Assembly (NCBI GenBank): GCA_017404955.1
Contig: JAFRBH010000011.1
Span: forward strand, 45,453 to 109,452
Length of the DNA: 64,000 nt
Direction of reading: 5' to 3'
Source of the DNA: Candidatus Saccharimonadota bacterium
Lineage (GTDB): Bacteria > Patescibacteriota > Saccharimonadia > Saccharimonadales > Saccharimonadaceae
Under the pieces are notes generated by a model. It was given only the letters and a program-made list of their open reading frames with translations. It had not been told where the DNA came from and made no database searches. Made by a program: the position numbers and the translations under genes. This document shows, piece by piece, positions 16,510-24,704 of the stretch (positions within the stretch are counted from its first letter, which is position 1; each line of letters starts with the position of its first letter).

Positions 16510-17829
16510 ATGGCAGGAAGGTCGAGAGAAGGAAATCGTATATTTCACTCTTTCTTATGTTTTCTTTTTTTAACCTTAATTCTATCCTCATCTATCACCT
16601 TCAATGTTAGCGCGCTTTCCGATCTCCAAAAGGTGATTTTTAAAGAAAATAATATCATGTTTTGGAATCCGGACGAAAATCTTGTATATTGTCAACCAGT
16701 CTACGATGCAGACAGGTCCGATTCCACTGAAGATCCAGCAAACATTAGCAGTTCTGGCTATGGACGCCTTAAATGGGCGGTCGAACAATATGGTGAATAT
16801 GCTATGGAGATGCAACGCGAGTACGGAGTTCCTTGGGAAGTTGTTTTCGCACAAATGCAGCATGAATCCAGCGTCGGTACCGCAGGCATTGCTACAAGCG
16901 GTGCAACCAACAACTGGCTTGGTATAACTAAATCTGGCGATGCCGGCAGCTGGACGTCCAGCAGTGGTCGCCAATGGGCAGTATTCAGCAGTGTCGAATC
17001 ATCGATTAAGGCTTGGGCTGGCTCACGGGTGCTAAGAAATGGATATTATGACAAATCTTTCTCATACCTTTCCCCGAGTAGCTACAATCTAAAAGGCTTC
17101 CTCACAGAAATGATTCATCATTACGCTCCAGCAAGTGATGGAAACGATGAGTCTCATTACGTATCTACCGTGTTGGGGTTAATCAATGGACCTATTGCGG
17201 ATGTCAGGAAAAAGTTGGGCTGGCAATCATCAGAAGAATTAGCGAAATCAGAAAATATTCAACCAGGAGGCAAACACCCAATTGGAGATCGTATACCGAC
17301 AGATCAATCCATAAATACCGTAGATTCTAATAATAAATCTGTCATTTGTAACCGTTACGGCGAAGAGATAACTAATTACAATGGCAGCTCAATTGCAGAG
17401 GTCGGTAAAAAGCTAGCTTGGGGAGATGAGCAACATTATAATGCTGTTAACCCTGCTTTCGCAGAGGCTGCAAGAGCATTAGGTATCAATCCAACACTCG
17501 GTTGGTCTCAAGACTGTGGGCATTTTGCTTCCGTTGTTATTCGTTCAACAGGAATAGACCCATCCTTCCCAGAAACTGGATCTGGTAGAATGAAATCATA
17601 CCTGGAGAGTTCTTCAAGCTGGACACAAATAGAAAATCTAGGAAATACAAGCAACCTTGAATCTGGTGATGTCTTCGTAGTTAACGGACATATCATGATC
17701 TATACTGGTGGAACTGGAAAATATAATGCCGTATCAGCATCGCAAGGTGATTATACTGGAAAGATATCATCAATTTACTTTACACATAAAAGCGGACAAA
17801 AGTTTTCGATTTTCCGCCATAAAGGATAG
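16510..17829 (+). CDS. Secreted bifunctional peptidoglycan hydrolase H2, a paralog of 14699-15829
   Basis: 439 aa with an N-terminal hydrophobic signal or anchor. GH73-like block 'GVPWEVVFAQMQHESSVGTAGIATSGATNNWLGI'. C-terminal Cys/His peptidase-like domain ('QDCGHFASVVI', 'NGHIMIYTG'). TGcTATAAT lies 9 nt before the ATG. Confidence 0.7.
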   Translation: MAGRSREGNRIFHSFLCFLFLTLILSSSITFNVSALSDLQKVIFKENNIMFWNPDENLVYCQPVYDADRSDSTEDPANISSSGYGRLKWAVEQYGEYAMEMQREYGVPWEVVFAQMQHESSVGTAGIATSGATNNWLGITKSGDAGSWTSSSGRQWAVFSSVESSIKAWAGSRVLRNGYYDKSFSYLSPSSYNLKGFLTEMIHHYAPASDGNDESHYVSTVLGLINGPIADVRKKLGWQSSEELAKSENIQPGGKHPIGDRIPTDQSINTVDSNNKSVICNRYGEEITNYNGSSIAEVGKKLAWGDEQHYNAVNPAFAEAARALGINPTLGWSQDCGHFASVVIRSTGIDPSFPETGSGRMKSYLESSSSWTQIENLGNTSNLESGDVFVVNGHIMIYTGGTGKYNAVSASQGDYTGKISSIYFTHKSGQKFSIFRHKG

Positions 17830-17834
17830 CTATT

Positions 17835-18755
17835 ATGAAAGAATTTTTAAGTAAAAATATTAGACCTATCTTAATAATTGTCGTGATTACCTTCATTGGG
17901 GCTATTGCGATAATATTAACTCACTCTTTAATAAATTCCTCCACCATCAATGTTCTCGTTGCCCCGCAGTCCTCTACTATCTACATTGACAACAATCTGG
18001 TGAATAATGGTGAGGTTCGCGTAACTCCAGGTAGACACATTGTAAAAGCTGAGAAAGCGGGTTTTGAAGCTCAATCTATGGAGATAGATGCAAAGTCAGG
18101 CGAGACATCTAACGCTTTCATTATACTAAATTCAAACTCTGACAGTACCGCCAATTGGTATAATGAGAATCCAAAGGATGCCTTATTACGCGAGAAAATC
18201 GCTGGAAGGGAATATAATATCACTAGTCAAGAATATGAAAAGGATTTTCCTATTATTACCCAACTACCATACGAAACAATGAACTACACAATTAATTACG
18301 GCGAATGTGAGTATTCAAAGTTTTGTATATATATCGATGCACCAGCAGGCGCAAGAGATGTAGCGTTAAAAGTCATCTCGCAGTTTGATAGTAATCTTGG
18401 AAGATATTACTACATATTCAATGATTATATCAATCCGTTTTCAGAATACATCAAACCAAACAATATTGTTGAGGAGTCCATTGCATCTAAAGATATTGAT
18501 CGAGTAACCGAAGTTATCAGCGATATTTTCAAGAATCGTAAATATAAAGTCCAAAATGCACAAATATTAGATAATTATATTATCGCAACGGTTTCTCACA
18601 TTGTTGACGATTATGGTGATATAGATACCTATAGATTAGTGTTTCAGAAGAGTAACGATAGTTTCGTCTTACTTAACACTCCTGAGTTAGTTTTAACCTA
18701 TGCAAAATATCCTAACTTACCTCAAAAAATTATCGATGCCATCAATAATCTCTAA
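17835..18755 (+). CDS. PEGA-domain single-pass membrane protein (module 2)
   Basis: 306 aa with an N-terminal TM helix and then 'INVLVAPQSSTIYIDNNLVNNGEVRVTPGRHIVKAEKAGFEAQSMEI'. The architecture matches 15832-16479, with a longer C-terminal domain. Confidence 0.65.
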   Translation: MKEFLSKNIRPILIIVVITFIGAIAIILTHSLINSSTINVLVAPQSSTIYIDNNLVNNGEVRVTPGRHIVKAEKAGFEAQSMEIDAKSGETSNAFIILNSNSDSTANWYNENPKDALLREKIAGREYNITSQEYEKDFPIITQLPYETMNYTINYGECEYSKFCIYIDAPAGARDVALKVISQFDSNLGRYYYIFNDYINPFSEYIKPNNIVEESIASKDIDRVTEVISDIFKNRKYKVQNAQILDNYIIATVSHIVDDYGDIDTYRLVFQKSNDSFVLLNTPELVLTYAKYPNLPQKIIDAINNL

Positions 18756-19756
18756 GCCTTCTCTACACTCGTAATTACTACCTGGTTTTCAGAAAAGTTA
18801 GACGTCAAACTTCTTCTTCTTACGACATCTAGCTCGGAGAACACATCATCAAGTAATACAACCGGCTTTTTGCCGAGCTCCTCTTCAATTAATTCTGCCT
18901 CGATAAACTTCAGAGCTAGAACCATACTTCTAACCTCTCCCCTAGATGCACTGCCGTCAGCTACGGAACCATTAAACAGGAATTCAAAATCATCTTTATG
19001 AACACCAAAATTTGTATGCCCCAACATACTATCTCGTTCATAGTCCATCTGAAGTAATTTTAGATATTCACTCTCGGAAACCTCACTAGTATAACTCTTG
19101 TATCTAATCTCAACTTTATCCTTATTTTTTGCAATCTCTTGATACACTTTCGTCAACTTACTATTCAGCCTATTTACTATTTTCGTACGTTTTTTTCTGA
19201 TTTCTACTCCATATTTAGCTAGCATTATATCCCAGGAAAAGATTGCATCACGAGACAAAAATTCCTGTTTCAATAATTCGTTTCTTTGCTTTATAGCCTT
19301 ATTATATCTAGAAAGAGCACTGGAATAACCACTATCAAGTTGCCCTAATACTCTATCAAAATATTCTCGGCGTTTAGTTGGTGATGTTGCTACAATATGT
19401 AGGTCTTCAGGTAGGAAAAGCACTGCTGGATACTTATACATTTTCGGAAGTCTAGTAAATTTTTTATCTTTTATTAAGAACTGTTTTTTACCACCATCAT
19501 AAGATACTATCATCTTCTCACCACTAAAAAATTCCACTTCCACCCTGTAAAATCCAGCCTCCCTTTTCAAAATATCTCTATCGGTTGCCCGAAATGATTT
19601 TCCGGTAAGCGTAATATATATTGCCTCCAAAATAGAAGTCTTACCCCAACCATTTTTTCCTAAAATTAAAGTTGGATTCTTGGAAAACTCTAATGCATAA
19701 TTCTCGTGATTACGAAAATTATTTAACTTAATCGATTTTATTATATTACTATTCAT
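18752..19756 (-). CDS. recF: DNA replication and repair protein RecF
   Basis: 334 aa with 'NFRNHE', Walker A 'GKNGWGKTSILEAI' and the C-terminal 'VLLDDVFSELD'. It lies in the conserved dnaA-dnaN-recF order. Its stop overlaps the convergent PEGA gene by 4 nt. Confidence 0.9.
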   Translation of the reverse strand: MNSNIIKSIKLNNFRNHENYALEFSKNPTLILGKNGWGKTSILEAIYITLTGKSFRATDRDILKREAGFYRVEVEFFSGEKMIVSYDGGKKQFLIKDKKFTRLPKMYKYPAVLFLPEDLHIVATSPTKRREYFDRVLGQLDSGYSSALSRYNKAIKQRNELLKQEFLSRDAIFSWDIMLAKYGVEIRKKRTKIVNRLNSKLTKVYQEIAKNKDKVEIRYKSYTSEVSESEYLKLLQMDYERDSMLGHTNFGVHKDDFEFLFNGSVADGSASRGEVRSMVLALKFIEAELIEEELGKKPVVLLDDVFSELDVVRRRSLTSNFSENQVVITSVEKA

Positions 19757-20862
19757 TAATTATTAAGTGGCATAATTATATGACGGTATTTATCATCTTT
19801 TTCATTTTTTATAAGAACTGGCGAAACATCTTTAGAAAATCCAAAGATAACTTTATCTTCATCGAGTGCATTTAACGCATCCATAAGAAATCTTGAATCC
19901 AGCTTCACACTCCCATCCTCGGAAACTTTCGTATCGATCTCCGATTGATTTTCTCCAATTTCATTAGAAATCGATGAAACTATAAATTTACCTTTTTTAC
20001 TATCAGCCACACAATTTATCGCTCTATTAGATTCTCTGGCAAATAGTGCTGCTATCTTTACAATTCTAGTTAATTCTTCACGATTAACGGTAACTAATAT
20101 ATCACTATTGTTTGGAATTAATTGTCTATAATCAGGAAAAGTTCCTTCAATTAATTTTGATGTAATTTCAAGTTCTCCCATTCTAAAACGCACCTGTGTA
20201 TCATCAAATAAAATCTCAATCTCATCAATATCTTCAGGAATAGACCTAAGTACTTCTTGAACTGATGCAGTCGGTACTATTGCCGCTACCTCACTTTGAA
20301 CTTTCTCGATAAACTTTTTCTCTGCAAGTCTATAACCATCAGTTGCCGCAATATAAAGTGAACCTTTATCAGTATTAAAATACACACCGGTAAGAGCTGG
20401 TCTAGTCGTATCTCCAGACGCTGCAATTACTACTTCTGCTGCTCCAGTTTTAAATTCATCTACACCCATCTTGAAAATAACTGCCTTTTTTTCATCTATA
20501 TTTGGTAGTTCTGGAAAATCGGCAGCATCCGCACCATTAATAATGGAGGAATATTTACTGGTAGAGATTTTTACTTTATTTCCATTAGAGGTAAGTCTAA
20601 TATTTTCACCTTTTGGTAAATTCTGTACAAATTCTGCTAAAAGCCTTGCTGGGACAGTAATAGCACCATCCTTAGTGTTGGTAACCGGTACAAAATCTAC
20701 TACAGCCATATCTAAATTAGTAGCTGTTAGTGATACTTTTTCTTTATCAACTTTTATAAGGACATTTGATAGAATTGGAAGTGTTGATTTAGCACCCATA
20801 GCTACGCGAGAAACTGTACTAAGTGCTCTCGCTAATTTTTCTTGTAAAACCTCTATCTCCAT
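19756..20862 (-). CDS. dnaN: DNA polymerase III beta sliding clamp
   Basis: 368 aa, located between dnaA and recF, with the typical N-terminus 'L..AL..V.RV.....TLPILSNVLI' and the end 'MP'. AAAGGAAG SD upstream. Confidence 0.9.
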   Translation of the reverse strand: MEIEVLQEKLARALSTVSRVAMGAKSTLPILSNVLIKVDKEKVSLTATNLDMAVVDFVPVTNTKDGAITVPARLLAEFVQNLPKGENIRLTSNGNKVKISTSKYSSIINGADAADFPELPNIDEKKAVIFKMGVDEFKTGAAEVVIAASGDTTRPALTGVYFNTDKGSLYIAATDGYRLAEKKFIEKVQSEVAAIVPTASVQEVLRSIPEDIDEIEILFDDTQVRFRMGELEITSKLIEGTFPDYRQLIPNNSDILVTVNREELTRIVKIAALFARESNRAINCVADSKKGKFIVSSISNEIGENQSEIDTKVSEDGSVKLDSRFLMDALNALDEDKVIFGFSKDVSPVLIKNEKDDKYRHIIMPLNN

Positions 20863-21135
20863 AAATCTTCCTTTATTTATATTATAATAAATTTATTTAA
20901 TAATAGTAATAATAAGCTATGTGGAAAATGTGAAAAACTATAAAATAACAGAGAAAAATTAATAGAATTTTTAGTGGAAAAACTGTGGTAATTAATGTTT
21001 AAAAACTTGTGTAAATCTAGAATTTTCCACGAAGCTATAACATTAGACTTAAAATATTTCAAAAATGTGGAAACTTTTTCACCTTTTTCCCACATACTTT
21101 TACGCATAGTTTTTCGCAAATTTTTACACATAGTT
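20863..21135. other. Candidate oriC segment 1 (dnaA-dnaN spacer): DnaA boxes plus an AT-rich unwinding region
   Basis: A perfect TGTGGAAAA box lies at 20920-20928. One-mismatch copies lie at 20929-20937, 20973-20981, 21023-21031 (TTTTCCACG), 21066-21074 and 21086-21094. The block at about 20877-20919 is almost pure A/T. Confidence 0.65.
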
Positions 21136-22500
21136 TTAAGCATATAAACTCTCCCGAATAGAAGCAACTTGCTCACGTAAAGCAAAATCAAGCTTTAATT
21201 CGTTTTTGATTCTTTTAATTCCATGCATTACAGTAGTGTGGTCTTTCACCCCAACTTCTAAAGCGATCTTAGTAGTACTTAAGCCTAATTCTTCAGAAAG
21301 TAGATACATTGCTACTTGTCTCGCATTTTTAATATGGGAGATTCTACTCTTACTACATAATTCAGGGACCTTTAAATCGTAAAATCTAGCAACCGTCTCA
21401 ACTACTTGTTTAGGGGAAAGTAATCCCTGTCTTTTATTAGAGCTTGAACCAGAATACCCATCATGAATAACTTCAAGTGGGGAAATACCCTTCATTTCGG
21501 ACCAAGCTAAAATCATCTTATATTCACTCTCAAGATCTCTAATATTAGTCTTCACATTATCCGCGATATATTCAATGGCTTCATCCTCTATCTCAACACC
21601 ATCAAATTCTGCCTTCGCCCTTAGAATGGCGCACTTATCTTCAAAGTTTGGTTGTTGTAAGTCAAAAGCCCCAGCCCAAGACAATCTCGATCTTAAACGC
21701 TCTTCTAGAGTTTTAATCTCCTCTGGTAAGCGGTCTGATGTAATAATAATTTGTTTGTTGTGTTGATGGAGCTCATTAAAGATATTAAAGAATTCATTCT
21801 GGGTGCCAGGTTTTCCTTCCAGCATTTGGATGTCATCAATAATTAAGACATCAGCTTTGCGATATTTTCTGGAGAAACTATCAGACTTTCCATTCTTACC
21901 AATAGAATTAATAAAATCTGCTAAAAAGTCTCCAGTTGCTGCATAGACCACATTAAGCTCGGGATTATTCTTAAGTAGTTCATTTCCAATTGCTTGAACC
22001 AAGTGTGTCTTACCAAGACCCGGACTACTGTAAAGGAAAAATGGATTATATTTCCCACCAGGATTTTTGATAACAGCCTTTGCTACCGCTACAGAGAGAT
22101 TATTGTTAGACCCTACAACAAAATTATCCATCGTATATCTAGGGTTAGGTCTAGTACTGAAATCTCTTGAACTATGTCTAGACCCTATAAAATTAGAGAG
22201 CTTAGACTTTTTACTAATCTCACCTACAGAAACTTCACGGGAATGCGGCTTCACTCTTGCAGTACTAGAGACCACATATTCAATAGATTTAAACTCCACA
22301 TTGTTATGAGAAAAGGCATCTTTGATTAGGTTATTATATTTCGCCCTAATCTGAGCCTCTTTAAAGGTATTAGGAACTCCAATCAAGATGGCACCATCGT
22401 TATTTGATATAAGTTTTACGTCAGTGAACCAAGTCTGGAAGGCATCATGTGGAATAGCCTGCTCTATCTCTGATAAAACATTTTTCCACACATCAAACAT
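21136..22500 (-). CDS. dnaA: Chromosomal replication initiator protein DnaA
   Basis: 454 aa from the ATG at 22500, with GGAGG 10 nt upstream. AAA+ Walker A 'SSPGLGKTHLVQAI', 'VLIIDDIQ', and the C-terminal DNA-binding helix 'VAMYLLSEELGLSTTKIALEVGVKDHTTVMHGIKRI'. The ORF-track start at 22605 adds 35 implausible residues. Confidence 0.92.
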   Translation of the reverse strand: MFDVWKNVLSEIEQAIPHDAFQTWFTDVKLISNNDGAILIGVPNTFKEAQIRAKYNNLIKDAFSHNNVEFKSIEYVVSSTARVKPHSREVSVGEISKKSKLSNFIGSRHSSRDFSTRPNPRYTMDNFVVGSNNNLSVAVAKAVIKNPGGKYNPFFLYSSPGLGKTHLVQAIGNELLKNNPELNVVYAATGDFLADFINSIGKNGKSDSFSRKYRKADVLIIDDIQMLEGKPGTQNEFFNIFNELHQHNKQIIITSDRLPEEIKTLEERLRSRLSWAGAFDLQQPNFEDKCAILRAKAEFDGVEIEDEAIEYIADNVKTNIRDLESEYKMILAWSEMKGISPLEVIHDGYSGSSSNKRQGLLSPKQVVETVARFYDLKVPELCSKSRISHIKNARQVAMYLLSEELGLSTTKIALEVGVKDHTTVMHGIKRIKNELKLDFALREQVASIRESLYA

Positions 22501-22546
22501 AATGAGATTGCCTCCTTCTTCTTTACCTAAATAACTAATTAAATTT

Positions 22547-22555
22547 ATTATAGCA
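22547..22555 (-). promoter_or_regulatory. dnaA promoter extended -10 (TGcTATAAT)
   Basis: The minus strand reads TGTGGAAAA-GTCTAAGAATTT-TGCTATAAT. The perfect DnaA box at 22568-22576 occupies the -35 position. Confidence 0.5.
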
Positions 22556-22680
22556 AAATTCTTAGACTTTTCCACAACTTTTAACAAGATTTTTGAATAT
22601 TTCATAATAATAAAACGGAATTATAGAGGTGCACTTTTCCACAGGATATGGCGTTAACCTTGGAAAATGTGGAAAACTTA

Positions 22681-22709
22681 TTGGCTTTTGTGTAAAAAAA
22701 TGCTATACT
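22681..22709 (+). promoter_or_regulatory. rpmH promoter (TTGGCT-17-TGcTATACT)
   Basis: TTGGCT at 22681-22686, a 17-nt spacer, hexamer TATACT at 22704-22709 preceded by TGc. A leader with an AGGAAA SD precedes the ATG at 22753. Confidence 0.5.
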
Positions 22710-22752
22710 AAGAACAGAATTTTACAATATTAAAACTAATAGGAAATTATTT

Positions 22753-22890
22753 ATGCCAAAACGTACATATCAGCCGCATAAGAAACAGCGCAAGGTCGAG
22801 CATGGTTTTATGAAAAGAAATGCCACCAAAAATGGCCGCAAGGTGTTGAAGCGTCGTCGTATTAAAGGCCGCGCTCGCTTAACTGCTTAG
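22753..22890 (+). CDS. rpmH: 50S ribosomal protein L34
   Basis: 45-aa ORF absent from the ORF track because it is under 60 aa: [45 protein letters not shown]. This is the canonical L34 sequence pattern, in the canonical position next to dnaA. Confidence 0.92.
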   Translation: MPKRTYQPHKKQRKVEHGFMKRNATKNGRKVLKRRRIKGRARLTA

Positions 22891-22905
22891 TCCATAGATA
22901 TAGAT

Positions 22906-22936
22906 AAAGTCAGGATATATGCCTGACTTTATTTTT
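22906..22936 (+). terminator. Rho-independent terminator after rpmH
   Basis: 9-bp stem AAAGTCAGG/CCTGACTTT (22906-22914 and 22922-22930) with a 7-nt loop, followed by TTTATTTTT. Confidence 0.75.
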
Positions 22937-22970
22937 GAGGAGAACCCTTAACCATGCTATAATAAAGCTA

Positions 22971-24704
22971 ATGTTTAGGGAGCAGCACGAATACATCAAG
23001 CGTTATTTTAAGCTTGCTAACTTAAACCCCTGGCTTTTTGGGATCAACTTTTTTACGGCCGTTATCTATAAAGGAACGATGGTTGCTCGCAAGTTTGTTG
23101 CTGCGCTCATTATCAAGGGCTTAACTGACCAAAACCCTGAAGAAACCTGGAGATATATTCTTATCTATACTATTATCTATGTCGTTCATAAAGTGGCGCT
23201 TTTTCTAAATTATCGTGCGTATAGCTGGAATGTAAGTGATAGTTACCGCACGCTTCAAACTAAGGTATTTAAGAAAATAGTTTCTGTCGGCCCAGATTTC
23301 ACGCGTACCATTAATAAGGGACGCCTTATGAATACTATCAATAACGACATTCTAGAAATTGGCGAGATGAATGACGAAATTTCAGAGTATATTACCACTT
23401 TCTTCCAGATAGGTGCCATTTTTATTATTGTAATAATCTACAATGTCCCAGCTGCTATTATCCTGGCTATCTCTACTACCATTTATACTATAATTAGAAC
23501 TCGCGCCGATCGCAGGTATAATCACTACTGGTGGTATGCACAGTCTCAGAATGATCGCTATAGTGACTTCCTAGGACAAGTCCTTTCTGGACTTCAGGAG
23601 GTTAAGACTTTCAATCTACTTCCACCACTTAGAAGACGGCTTGACAAAATTCAAAGCACCTATAACCGAAACTACTTTGCTCAGCGGCGTCAAAATACTA
23701 TTCGCGATAATGATGTTAAGGCGATATATTATATCTTTCACGCAGCACTTTTTGCCTTTCTGACTCTTATGATGGCGATGGGCCATATGGAACTTGACAT
23801 TTTAGTCCTGATTATCTCTTATCACGAGGCAATAATTGGTTACACCAAAGATCTAACTGACGCTACAATTGAGATTCGTCTTACTAATGCTGCGATGCGT
23901 CGTGTGTCTGCTATTCTAAATTACAAACCAGGCGAGAAGTTAGAGTTTGGAAATCTTACCTTAGACCATCTGGAAGGGGAAATTACTTTTAAAAATGTTT
24001 CACTTTCCTTAAATCATCACCAAATTTTAAAAAACATCAGTTTCAAAGTCAAACCACGTGAATTTGTTGCCATAGTTGGCTATCCAGGCTCAGGTAAGAC
24101 TAAAATTTTTGATTTGATCCTGCGCCTGAACAAGCCTACCAAAGGAAAAGTTCTTCTGGACGATATTGATGTCAAAGAATTCTCTCGAGACATCTATACT
24201 AGCAACGTCGCAGTTGCCAATCAGGTTCCTTTTATCTTTAATACTAGCATCAGGAAAAATTTGAACTTTGTCGACACTAATATTAAACACCAAATCGAAG
24301 CCTGCAAAACTGCTGGCATTCATGATTTTATTGAAACTTTGCCACAGGGTTACAACACTATCCTAAGAGAAAACGCTACTAATGTTTCTGGTGGACAGAG
24401 GCAAATGATTTCCATTGCGCGCACTATTCTAACCGATGCCGAAGTTTTGTTGCTTGATGATGTCACCACCGCGCTTGATCCCGATACGGCTAAGCTGGTT
24501 CCGAGACTAATTAATAAGCTAAAAGATGACCGAACTATAATCATGATTACTAAAAAACCAGAACTTATGAAGTCTGCAGATCGTATTATCGTCCTAGATC
24601 ATGGCAGGATTTCGGATATTGGCACCCATGAGAAGCTCTTAGAAAGAAGCAAGCTCTATCGCTCCCTACAGGCCTTAAAGTCGGAAATGGAGTTAAAGGT
24701 ATGA
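22971..24704 (+). CDS. ABC exporter subunit (fused permease and ATPase, ABCB/MsbA-type) with a degenerate nucleotide-binding site
   Basis: 577 aa from the ATG at 22971, with TGcTATAAT 7 nt upstream. The TTG at 22935 lies inside the rpmH terminator. Six TM helices are followed by an NBD: Walker A 'GYPGSGKTK', signature 'VSGGQRQ', Walker B 'LLLDDVTTALD' (Asp where the catalytic Glu is expected), and an H-loop position 'ITKK' with no His. Confidence 0.85.
   Translation: MFREQHEYIKRYFKLANLNPWLFGINFFTAVIYKGTMVARKFVAALIIKGLTDQNPEETWRYILIYTIIYVVHKVALFLNYRAYSWNVSDSYRTLQTKVFKKIVSVGPDFTRTINKGRLMNTINNDILEIGEMNDEISEYITTFFQIGAIFIIVIIYNVPAAIILAISTTIYTIIRTRADRRYNHYWWYAQSQNDRYSDFLGQVLSGLQEVKTFNLLPPLRRRLDKIQSTYNRNYFAQRRQNTIRDNDVKAIYYIFHAALFAFLTLMMAMGHMELDILVLIISYHEAIIGYTKDLTDATIEIRLTNAAMRRVSAILNYKPGEKLEFGNLTLDHLEGEITFKNVSLSLNHHQILKNISFKVKPREFVAIVGYPGSGKTKIFDLILRLNKPTKGKVLLDDIDVKEFSRDIYTSNVAVANQVPFIFNTSIRKNLNFVDTNIKHQIEACKTAGIHDFIETLPQGYNTILRENATNVSGGQRQMISIARTILTDAEVLLLDDVTTALDPDTAKLVPRLINKLKDDRTIIMITKKPELMKSADRIIVLDHGRISDIGTHEKLLERSKLYRSLQALKSEMELKV

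Larger units (their letters stand above)
22501..22752. other. Candidate oriC segment 2 / dnaA control region (dnaA-rpmH spacer)
   Basis: Perfect TTTTCCACA/TGTGGAAAA boxes lie at 22568-22576, 22635-22643 and 22668-22676. Another lies just inside dnaA at 22482-22490. Confidence 0.6.

Noticed and set aside
951-18755. Interpreting the T4SS block as an integrative conjugative element
   Set aside because: No integrase, relaxase, coupling protein, replication or partition genes, or flanking repeats occur in the window. By eye the composition matches the surrounding core genes. This cannot be fully excluded because the sequence upstream of position 1 is not visible.
20877-21191. A 104-aa ORF on the minus strand in the dnaA-dnaN spacer
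   Set aside because: The region is AT-rich non-coding DNA carrying the DnaA-box cluster. The ORF overlaps the dnaA 3' end and translates to Leu/Phe/Lys-rich junk, so it was interpreted as oriC instead.
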